A stretch of 25,387 nucleotides of DNA from Actinomycetota bacterium (GTDB lineage: Bacteria; Actinomycetota; Thermoleophilia; Solirubrobacterales; Solirubrobacteraceae). The position numbers and the translations under genes are program-made. Location: positions 1-25,387 of the forward strand of contig WLNV01000001.1 in the NCBI GenBank assembly GCA_009699615.1, read 5' to 3'. The notes under the pieces were generated by a model. It did no database searches. It was not told the DNA's origin and saw nothing but the letters and a program-made list of their open reading frames with translations. This document shows positions 16,319 through 23,766 of the stretch, one piece after another. Every line of letters begins with the position of its first letter. The stretch's first letter is position 1.

Positions 16319-17227
16319 TTACAGCCAGACGTCGGCGACCATCGCTGCGAACAGCACGGCCAGGTAGAGAAGTGAGAAGAGATAGAGACGGAGTGCCGAG
16401 GCGCGGTCCGCCCGGCGCCTCAACTGCCAGGCCATCACGATCAGCGTCAGGCCCAGTCCGAGCGAGACGATCAGGTAGGGGACGCCGAGTCCGCCAGCAC
16501 AGAACGGGAGCTGCGAGACGGCATACAGGAGAACCGAGTAGAGCAGGATCTGCCGCCGCGTTTCGTCCTCGCCTCGGACGACAGGGAGCATCGGGATCCC
16601 GGCCGCTGCGTAGTCATCCTTCATCAGAAGGCTGAGCGCCCAGAAGTGTGGGGGAGTCCAGAAGAAGACGATGAAGAAGAGGAAGATCGCGAGGCCACTG
16701 AGCGATCCGGTTACTGCGGCCCAGCCGACTAGGGGCGGGACGGCGCCGGCAGCTCCACCCCAGATGATGTTCTGCCAAGTGTTTCGCTTTAGCAGCATCG
16801 TGTAACCGACTGCATAGCCGAGGAAACCAGCGAACGAGAGTGCTGCAGCGAGCGGGTTGACCAGCAGTGTGAGCCAGACCAGCGAGGTGGCGCCCAGGAG
16901 AAGGCCGAAGGTGAGGGCGGCGCGGGGCGATATGCGGCCTGAGGCAACGGGTCTGTCGGCCGTCCTCTCCATTAGAAGGTCAACGTCACGGTCGTACCAG
17001 TGGTTGATCGCTCCCGAGCCGCCGGCCGACATTGCCCCGCCGATCAGCGTCGCGATGATCAGCGCGATCGACGGACGCCCCGCGATCAGCATCGCGGCTA
17101 GCGTCGTAAAGAGCAGCAGGCTTTGGACCTTTGGTTTAGTCAGCGCGACGTAATCGTTGACGCGTTGCCGCGCAACAGAGGGAGCGATTGCCGCAGCTGC
17201 GCCTGGTCCTGTGACTACTTGGGCCAT
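16319..17227 (-). CDS. ctaB: Protoheme IX farnesyltransferase (heme o synthase)
   Basis: LTKPK, NHWYDRDVDLLMERTADRP, GAVPPLVGW and WTPPHFWAL. Confidence 0.97.
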   Translation of the reverse strand: MAQVVTGPGAAAAIAPSVARQRVNDYVALTKPKVQSLLLFTTLAAMLIAGRPSIALIIATLIGGAMSAGGSGAINHWYDRDVDLLMERTADRPVASGRISPRAALTFGLLLGATSLVWLTLLVNPLAAALSFAGFLGYAVGYTMLLKRNTWQNIIWGGAAGAVPPLVGWAAVTGSLSGLAIFLFFIVFFWTPPHFWALSLLMKDDYAAAGIPMLPVVRGEDETRRQILLYSVLLYAVSQLPFCAGGLGVPYLIVSLGLGLTLIVMAWQLRRRADRASALRLYLFSLLYLAVLFAAMVADVWL

Positions 17228-17238
17228 CGCGGAACTCT

Positions 17239-18933
17239 CTAACTCCCGGCGCCTACGCCGGCTTCTTCGCCTACGCGATCCTGACGTTCAATCTGGCGGC
17301 GAATGTCCTGCATCGGCTCAACAGAGCGGACGCGCGGAACGACGTCGAAGTTGTTGACAGGCGGCGGTGACGGGGTGAACCACTCGAGTGTGTTCCCGCG
17401 CCATGGGTCGGGACCGGCCTTCGCGCCGTTCTTGAGGCTCTGGAGGATGTTGATGATTGTCAGGAGCACGCCGAGTGCGAGGATGAACGAGCCGATCGTC
17501 GAGATCATGTTGTAGAGCCCAAGGTTGTTGACGTCGGCGTACTCATAGACGCGCCGCGGCATGCCGCTGAGGCCGGCTGAGTGCTGAATCAGGAAGGTGA
17601 TCCAGAAGCCGCCGAGCGTCAGCGCGAAGCTGACCTTGCCGAGCTTCTCGTTCATCATCCGGCCCGTCATCTTCGGGAACCAGTAGTAGAGCCCGGCCAT
17701 CATCGCGAAGACTGCACCGCCGACGATCGTGTAGTGGAAGTGCGCGACGACGAAGTAGGTGTCGTGCAGCTGCCAGTCGACCGGGAACGTCGCCAGGAAG
17801 ATGCCCGTGATCCCTCCGAGCAGGAAGGTCGCAAGGAAGCCGATCGCGTAAAGCATCGCGACCGGGAATTCGATTGCTCCGCGCCACATCGTGAAGACCC
17901 AGTTGAAGATCTTGACTCCGGTTGGGATCGCAACCAAGTAGGTGCCGAGCATGAAGAAGATCATCAGGAAGAACGGCAGTGGCACTGTGAACATGTGGTG
18001 CGCCCAGACCAGCGTGCCGATCACGGCGATGCCCAGAGTGGCGGCGACGATTGCCTTGTAGCCAAAGATCGGCTTGCGCGAGAAGACCGGGAGGATCTCG
18101 GAGATGACTCCGAAGCCCGGCAGGACGAGGATGTAGACCTCGGGGTGGCCGAAGAACCAGAACAGGTGCTGCCAGAGCAGCGGTGAACCGCCGTTTGACG
18201 GGTCGTAGAAGTGGGTTCCGAAGTGGCGGTCGGTAAGCAGCAGCGTCACTGCACCGGCGATTACCGGGATCGAAATGATCAGCAGGATTGCCTGCGTCAG
18301 CATCGTCCAGACGAATAGCGGGACACGGCCCCAGCTCATCCCTGGGGCGCGCATGTTGGTGACGGTTACGAAGATGTTGAGTGCGCCGACGAATGACGAG
18401 ACGCCGACGAGGTGCACGAGGAAGATCCAAGAGTCGACGCCGTTCGATGGCGAGAAGGCGGTTTCGGAGAGAGGTGCGTAACAGGTCCATCCACACTCAG
18501 CCGGGCTGAAGAGCAGCGAGCCGTAGAAGACAAGGCCACCGGCGATGAAGAGCCAGAGTCCGAGCGCGTTGAGCTTCGGGAAAGCCATGTCGCGGGCGCC
18601 GATCATTAGCGGCACGGTGTAGTTGGCGATGCCGGCGATCATTGGCATCAGGAAGAGGAAGACCATCGTCGTGCCGTGCATCGTGAAGAGCGCGTTATAG
18701 GTCTGCGGCGAGAGCAGCGTGTTGTCCGGTACCGCGAGTTGGAGGCGAATCAGTAGCGCTTCGACGCCGCCGATCACGAGGAACATCCAGGAGGCGACGA
18801 TGTACATGATCCCGATCCGCTTGTGGTCGGTGCTCATCAGCCACGAGAGCCAGCCAGTTGGCCGGGGCGCCGCGGAGCTGGCAACCAGTTCAGGGATTCC
18901 TTGTGTCGTCGGGGCGGCGCTGGTCGTTGTCAT
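17239..18933 (-). CDS. ctaD: Cytochrome c oxidase subunit I, A1-type (GHPEV)
   Basis: STDHKRIG, MHGTTM, GARDMAFPKLN, WFFGHPEVY, WAHHM, PTGVK and AHFHY. Confidence 0.97.
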   Translation of the reverse strand: MTTTSAAPTTQGIPELVASSAAPRPTGWLSWLMSTDHKRIGIMYIVASWMFLVIGGVEALLIRLQLAVPDNTLLSPQTYNALFTMHGTTMVFLFLMPMIAGIANYTVPLMIGARDMAFPKLNALGLWLFIAGGLVFYGSLLFSPAECGWTCYAPLSETAFSPSNGVDSWIFLVHLVGVSSFVGALNIFVTVTNMRAPGMSWGRVPLFVWTMLTQAILLIISIPVIAGAVTLLLTDRHFGTHFYDPSNGGSPLLWQHLFWFFGHPEVYILVLPGFGVISEILPVFSRKPIFGYKAIVAATLGIAVIGTLVWAHHMFTVPLPFFLMIFFMLGTYLVAIPTGVKIFNWVFTMWRGAIEFPVAMLYAIGFLATFLLGGITGIFLATFPVDWQLHDTYFVVAHFHYTIVGGAVFAMMAGLYYWFPKMTGRMMNEKLGKVSFALTLGGFWITFLIQHSAGLSGMPRRVYEYADVNNLGLYNMISTIGSFILALGVLLTIINILQSLKNGAKAGPDPWRGNTLEWFTPSPPPVNNFDVVPRVRSVEPMQDIRRQIERQDRVGEEAGVGAGS

Positions 18934-18940
18934 CTGCTGA

Positions 18941-20179
18941 TCACTTTCCGTTTACGGCTTGATCGACGTATTTCACGAGAGCGTCAAGTTGCGCCTTGGT
19001 AAGCGAGGTTCCGTAGTTGGCCGGCATGATGTTCGCTGCGAAGCCCTTTGAGAGGATCGCGTTCGGGTTGAGGATCGACGCCTTGATCATCGCTGCGCTC
19101 TGACCCTTCAGAATCGCATCGAGCGAGGGTCCGACGGCAGCGTTGGTTCCGGCATCCTTCAGCGTGTGGCAGGAACCGCAGGCCAGTGCGCCTGTGGCCG
19201 GTACACCTGCAACGAAGATCTCCTTGCCGTCGACAGCGGCAACTGGGGCTGCTGGAGCTGCAGCATCTTTCGGTGCGGCCTTGAGCGCCGCTGCGTCCTT
19301 GGCGACCAGCGCGTTGCGGGCCGTGGCAGCCTCTTTCTCGGATGCCACGATTGCGGCCTTCTGCGCCGCGTACCAGAGCTTGAACTCTGCCGGTGAGACT
19401 GCCTTGACCGAGGCGACCATCGTCGCATGCCCTCGGCCGCAGAGTTCTGCGCACTGGCCGTCATAGACGCCAGGCTTGGTGATCTTGAACCACGTGTAGT
19501 TGGTGTATCCCGGAACGGCGTCAAACTTCCCGCCGAGCTCGGGGATCCACCACGAGTGCTGAACATCCTGAGCACGGATACTGAGACTGATCGTCGTGTT
19601 CGTCGGCACGACCATCTGCTCGTAAGAGAAAACGTTGTTGAGGTTGTTGGTGTCGGTGTCGGCGTATGTGTAGCGCCAGATGTACTGCTGACCGTTGACG
19701 TCGATGTTGAGCGAGCGGCCGTTCGGCGGCAGTGATGGTTTCGCAGGACCAGTGTTGAAGGAGATGTTCTGCGGTGTCGCTAGGCCGTTCGCGCTCGAGT
19801 TTGGCGGGTTCTTGATCTGGTCGAGCTTGAGGAAAGTGACTACAGAGATCAGGACCAGCAGTAGTGCAGCTCCGACTGTCCAACCAACTTCTAGACGGTT
19901 GTTGCCGCGAACCTGCTCTGCCACCGCCCCGGTGCTCGCGCGGTAGCGAACCAGGGTCCAGACGATCAGGCCGCCGACGCCGAAGAAGACGACGCAACCA
20001 AGTCCGAAGATCAGCAGGTAGAGCGAGCGGATCGCTTCGGCGTTCGGAGTGCCGCCGCCGGACTCGGGGGCGATCACGCCAGCGAACGCACCCGCGGCAG
20101 GGATCAGGAGCGCGGCGGTCACGACGATCCCGAAGAGGATGCCGTTCTTGGCTGGGCGAGGAGTCATCGGGAAGCGCAC
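18941..20179 (-). CDS. ctaC: Cytochrome c oxidase subunit II with fused C-terminal cytochrome c (caa3-type), second copy
   Basis: LEVGWT, DVQHSWW...CAELCGRGHATM, an Ala/Lys linker and CGSCH...IMPANY. Start is GTG 20179 or ATG 20167. Confidence 0.95.
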   Translation of the reverse strand: MRFPMTPRPAKNGILFGIVVTAALLIPAAGAFAGVIAPESGGGTPNAEAIRSLYLLIFGLGCVVFFGVGGLIVWTLVRYRASTGAVAEQVRGNNRLEVGWTVGAALLLVLISVVTFLKLDQIKNPPNSSANGLATPQNISFNTGPAKPSLPPNGRSLNIDVNGQQYIWRYTYADTDTNNLNNVFSYEQMVVPTNTTISLSIRAQDVQHSWWIPELGGKFDAVPGYTNYTWFKITKPGVYDGQCAELCGRGHATMVASVKAVSPAEFKLWYAAQKAAIVASEKEAATARNALVAKDAAALKAAPKDAAAPAAPVAAVDGKEIFVAGVPATGALACGSCHTLKDAGTNAAVGPSLDAILKGQSAAMIKASILNPNAILSKGFAANIMPANYGTSLTKAQLDALVKYVDQAVNGK

Positions 20180-20189
20180 GGGAAAGCCA

Positions 20190-20195
20190 ATCCTA
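20190..20195 (-). promoter_or_regulatory. Putative -10 box (TAGGAT) of the A1 oxidase operon
   Basis: TAnnnT in an AT-rich patch, 10 nt before GTG 20179. Confidence 0.45.
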
Positions 20196-20224
20196 TAAAG
20201 GAATCGGACGGGAGGAGTCGCGCC

Positions 20225-21046
20225 TCAGCGCCCGGTGAAGGATGTCTCTCGTTTTTCGATGAACGCGAGCACGCCTTCGGCGAAGTCGGCGCTCTCAACC
20301 ATCTCCTGTTGGATCGACGCTTCGAGCGCAAGCTGGGCGTCCAGCGAGCCGTAAACCCAACTGTTGATCTGCCGCTTTGTTCCGGCGTACGAGAGAGTCG
20401 GGCCCGATGCCAGCCGTTCCGCAAGTCCGTCAATCCAGTCGTCAAAGAGGTCGCGCTCGACTGTGCCGTTGATCAGTCCCCACTCCGCCGCCTTGATCGC
20501 GTCGACTCTTTCCCCAAGCATCGCCATCTCGGCCGCTCGCGCCGCGCCGACACGTGCCGGAATGAACGCCGACGAACCACCGTCGGGTACAAGTCCGATG
20601 TTCACGAACGCGAGCAGGAAGTAGGCGTCTGGCGTTGCGTAGACGAGATCAGCGCACAGTGCCAGCGACAGTCCTACACCCGCACAGGGTCCCTGCACCG
20701 CGCTGATGACCGGCTTCGGGAGGTTGCGCAAGCCGGTGATGACCGGGTGGTAGTTCTCGTGGAGCGCTCGTTCGAGGTCCGGCTTGCCGTCGGGGGTTGT
20801 GAGCCCGCCGGCTGCGCCGTCTTTCAAGTCGGCTCCGGAGCAGAAGGCTCGGCCCGTGGCTGCGATCACGACAGCCCTGACGTCATCGTCGTCGCGGACA
20901 GCCTCTACGGCGGCGAACAGGTCCTTGCTCATCTGACCGTTCCAAGCATTGAGCGAGTCGGGACGGTTCAGCTCGATCTTCGCCGCACCTCCCGCTCGGA
21001 GCAGATTGACGGTTTCAAACTCGGTCTCGATCTCAAACTTGGGCAT
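20225..21046 (-). CDS. Enoyl-CoA hydratase/isomerase family protein (PaaG-like)
   Basis: AFCSGADL, ISAVQGPCAGVGLSLALCAD, IGLVPDGG and DFAEGVLAFIEKR. Confidence 0.92.
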   Translation of the reverse strand: MPKFEIETEFETVNLLRAGGAAKIELNRPDSLNAWNGQMSKDLFAAVEAVRDDDDVRAVVIAATGRAFCSGADLKDGAAGGLTTPDGKPDLERALHENYHPVITGLRNLPKPVISAVQGPCAGVGLSLALCADLVYATPDAYFLLAFVNIGLVPDGGSSAFIPARVGAARAAEMAMLGERVDAIKAAEWGLINGTVERDLFDDWIDGLAERLASGPTLSYAGTKRQINSWVYGSLDAQLALEASIQQEMVESADFAEGVLAFIEKRETSFTGR

Positions 21047-21052
21047 CGGCGC

Positions 21053-21058
21053 ATCTTA
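21053..21058 (-). promoter_or_regulatory. Putative -10 box (TAAGAT), 6 nt before the enoyl-CoA hydratase ATG
   Basis: TAnnnT-N6-ATG. Confidence 0.6.
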
Positions 21059-21089
21059 TGTAGTTGCAGCAGTGATCGGACTTTGGCTC

Positions 21090-21095
21090 TAGCCT
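21090..21095 (+). promoter_or_regulatory. Putative -10 box (TAGCCT), 7 nt before the amidotransferase ATG
   Basis: TAnnnT-N7-ATG. Confidence 0.55.
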
Positions 21096-21102
21096 TGCGG
21101 CG

Positions 21103-21819
21103 ATGGCAGAGCGCAGACCCTTAATCGCGATCAGCGCCTACGTTGAGCAGGCGAAGTGGAGTCTCTGGGATATAGAGGCCGCGCTGGTCCCGCAGCTCTT
21201 CGTAGATGCCGTTCAGAAGGCCGGAGGCATTGCCTGCGTCCTGCCGCCCGACGCCTCGTTCGCGGATGGCGTCGCCGACCAGCTGATCGGAACGGTGGAT
21301 GGTCTCCTGTTGACTGGCGGCCCCGATGTCGATGCGGCGCTCTACGGCGCCGAAGCTGCGCCCGAGCACGAGGGCTCGCGGATAGAGCGTGACCTCAGTG
21401 AGATCGCACTGATCAACGCCGCGGTCGCCGCCGACAAGCCGCTGCTGGCTGTATGTCGGGGGATGCAGCTGCTGAACGTCGCCCGCGGGGGAACTCTGGT
21501 CCAGAATCTTCCAGCATTCCACCGCCCCAATCCGGGTTCATTCGTCGGCAGCGCGCACGACATTCGATTGACCGCCGACTCGCTTGCCGCTCTTGTCACC
21601 GGAGAGCTCGTTCACACCGGTATGCAACACCATCACCAGGGCATTGACCGGGTTGGAGATGGGCTTGACGTGACAGGCTGGGCGGTTGATGACGGTCTGC
21701 CTGAAGCGGTCGAGATGCCTGACCGTAGATTCGTGCTTGGCGTCCAGTGGCACCCTGAGGGCGACTCGGAAAGTCCCGTCATCGGGGCGTTCGTAAAGGC
21801 TTGCGCCGAGACGCTCTAG
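21103..21819 (+). CDS. Gamma-glutamyl-gamma-aminobutyrate hydrolase-like class I glutamine amidotransferase (peptidase C26)
   Basis: LLLTGGPDV, AVCRGMQLLNV (Cys nucleophile), HHQG and GVQWHPE. Confidence 0.92.
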   Translation: MAERRPLIAISAYVEQAKWSLWDIEAALVPQLFVDAVQKAGGIACVLPPDASFADGVADQLIGTVDGLLLTGGPDVDAALYGAEAAPEHEGSRIERDLSEIALINAAVAADKPLLAVCRGMQLLNVARGGTLVQNLPAFHRPNPGSFVGSAHDIRLTADSLAALVTGELVHTGMQHHHQGIDRVGDGLDVTGWAVDDGLPEAVEMPDRRFVLGVQWHPEGDSESPVIGAFVKACAETL

Positions 21820-22796
21820 CCCAGAAGCCCTTCGGCCCGGAGCCACTGCTCCGTCCGCCGCATTCCCTCATCAAAGTCGACTGCCGGGTTCCAGCCAAGC
21901 TGCTCGCGAGCGCGCGCGTTCGGGTAGACGGCTTGGCGTGAGACGTACTGAATAGCCTGACGGCTGACTGTCGGCGCGGTGCCGCGCAGCTTCGCGACGA
22001 TCTCTGCGGCGAAGGCGAAACCCTCGATCAGTGGCGCCGGCGCGGTCCGGACCTTCTTCTGCCCGAGCATCCGCGCATAGCGCCCGAAGAACTCGCCCGT
22101 CGTGATCGGTTCTCCGTCCCACGCCGTGTACGCCTGCCCTGCCGCGGTATCGGTAGTGAGCGCGAGCAGGATGCAGTCGACGAGGTCGTCGATGTAGACG
22201 AGCGTCATCAGGGCATCACCTTTCCCGGGCAGGGCGAATGTCCCGGCGCGAAGCGCCTCGATCGGGCGGATCGTCCACGGCACTGAGCCGGGTCCGTAGA
22301 CATCTCCGGGCCTAACGACAGCGGCTCCGCGCCGCAGCGCAAGGTAGTCCGAAGCCGCCTTGGTATCGGCGTAGGGCGCGCCGCTCGCGCGCGGAGAAGC
22401 ATCCTCTTCAAGGTCGCCAGTGAATTCGTAGCCCCAGCTGGCGACCGAGGAGAGGTGAACGAGTCGGCCGACGCCTGCTGCTTCGGCGGCATCGAAGACG
22501 GAGCAGCTGCCGCGCACATTGACCTCGATGAACTGCTCCATCGAGCCCCAGTCGCCGACTATCGCTGCGGTGTGGATTAGTCCGTCGCAATCCTGCAGTG
22601 CGTCGGCGATCGCGCCGGAGTCGAGCACATCGGCGCGGACAAATCGCGCGCCGGTCGCTTCGACCTGCGCCCTCGCATCATCACGACGGTCGATTCCGAC
22701 CGGCAGCGCGCCTTCGGCCGCGAGCCGCGCGCAGAGCGCCTGGCCAATGAAACCGCCAGCGCCGGTTACTGCGATTGTTTGCCCGCCAAGCTGCAT
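21816..22796 (-). CDS. NAD-dependent epimerase/dehydratase (extended SDR)
   Basis: VTGAGGFIG, HTAA, LSSVA, YADTK (YxxxK) and RPGDVYGPG. Start set at ATG 22796. Confidence 0.92.
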   Translation of the reverse strand: MQLGGQTIAVTGAGGFIGQALCARLAAEGALPVGIDRRDDARAQVEATGARFVRADVLDSGAIADALQDCDGLIHTAAIVGDWGSMEQFIEVNVRGSCSVFDAAEAAGVGRLVHLSSVASWGYEFTGDLEEDASPRASGAPYADTKAASDYLALRRGAAVVRPGDVYGPGSVPWTIRPIEALRAGTFALPGKGDALMTLVYIDDLVDCILLALTTDTAAGQAYTAWDGEPITTGEFFGRYARMLGQKKVRTAPAPLIEGFAFAAEIVAKLRGTAPTVSRQAIQYVSRQAVYPNARAREQLGWNPAVDFDEGMRRTEQWLRAEGLLG

Positions 22797-22802
22797 CCCG
22801 CA

Positions 22803-22812
22803 ACCGTATACT
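22803..22812. promoter_or_regulatory. Overlapping divergent -10 boxes: TACGGT (minus, 22803-22808) and TATACT (plus, 22807-22812)
   Basis: The minus box is 6 nt from ATG 22796 and the plus box is 9 nt from in-frame TTG 22822. Confidence 0.55.
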
Positions 22813-22821
22813 CCGCCAACC

Positions 22822-23766
22822 TTGCGCACCTCTAAAGCCCTGCGGATAGCGGCAATGGCAGTGGTAGCCGTAGGCGCCGCCGCTCCGCTTCTGCGACGCC
22901 GTGTTGAGCTGCCGAAGGCGGCAGTCCTCGGAGCGGCGTGGAGTGCGCCGGTCGCACTTTGCGTAGCGGCGCCAAGGTCAAAGAAGCGCGACGTCGGCGT
23001 CTGTGTTCTCCAGATGTGGGCCTACTTCGCGACCTACGAGATGCCGGCAGACGACCCTCAGGAGCTGGAAGACAGGGCATTCGTCGATTACCCGGTGACG
23101 GTCGATCGCTGGCTTGGGCTTGGCGAACTCCCAGGCGTTCGCCTGCAACAGGCGTTCGCCGACCCCGGCAACATCCGCGCGCCCGAGAAGGTTCTGGTCT
23201 GGGCCCACTGGATCTGGTTTCTGGTTCCTCACGCAACCGTCGCATATGTCTTCCTGCGTCGCCGTGAACAGTTCCCGCGCGCTGCGGCGATGATCTATGG
23301 AACCTTCGACCTCGGCTTGATCGGCTACTGGCTGGTGCCGACTGCCCCTCCTTGGTACGCGGCGCAGAAGGGCCGCCTTGGCGGCGACGTCGCACGCACC
23401 AAGCTTGGACTGCGCCGGATGATGATCGACTACGGCGAGCAGTTCTGGCGCGGTCGCTGGCCCGCGCTTTACGATGGGCTGGCAGGCAATCCATTGGCCG
23501 CCATGCCCTCACTTCACTTCGCAACATCGGTGATGTCCGCTCACGTCCTCTCTGGCGTCGGTCGAACCGAGGGATCTGTCGGCTGGGTCTACGCCGGGAC
23601 TCTCGGCTTCGCGCTTGTGTATCTCGGCGAGCACTATGTAATCGATCTGCTTGCAGGGTTGGCGCTGGTCGAGGGGATTCGCGTCTTGGCCCCAAGCGCT
23701 GCGCCGTTCGCGGAAGCCCTCTCGCGGGCCGTTCAAGGCCTTGAACACAGGGCCCAGGGTGCCTGA
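22822..23766 (+). CDS. PAP2-superfamily membrane protein, AUR1/inositol phosphorylceramide synthase-like
   Basis: PTAPPWY, AAMPSLH and HYVID motifs with multiple TM helices. Start is uncertain (TTG 22822 or ATG 22855); the track's start at 22519 overlaps the SDR gene. Confidence 0.85.
   Translation: MRTSKALRIAAMAVVAVGAAAPLLRRRVELPKAAVLGAAWSAPVALCVAAPRSKKRDVGVCVLQMWAYFATYEMPADDPQELEDRAFVDYPVTVDRWLGLGELPGVRLQQAFADPGNIRAPEKVLVWAHWIWFLVPHATVAYVFLRRREQFPRAAAMIYGTFDLGLIGYWLVPTAPPWYAAQKGRLGGDVARTKLGLRRMMIDYGEQFWRGRWPALYDGLAGNPLAAMPSLHFATSVMSAHVLSGVGRTEGSVGWVYAGTLGFALVYLGEHYVIDLLAGLALVEGIRVLAPSAAPFAEALSRAVQGLEHRAQGA

Noticed and set aside
17543-18496. 317-aa alternative-frame ORF within ctaD
   Set aside because: Arg/Pro-rich off-frame product typical of GC-rich DNA.
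11957-18933. The two ctaC-ctaD sets as an assembly duplication
   Set aside because: The proteins are clearly divergent (different helix VI motifs and N-termini), so they are not collapsed or duplicated reads.
20225-21046. Phenylacetate catabolic (paa) cluster
   Set aside because: Only one PaaG-like crotonase is present, with no other paa genes in the window.
20309-21124. 271-aa plus-strand ORF
   Set aside because: Antisense shadow of the enoyl-CoA hydratase gene.
22832-23695. 287-aa minus-strand ORF
   Set aside because: Arg-rich antisense shadow of the PAP2 gene.
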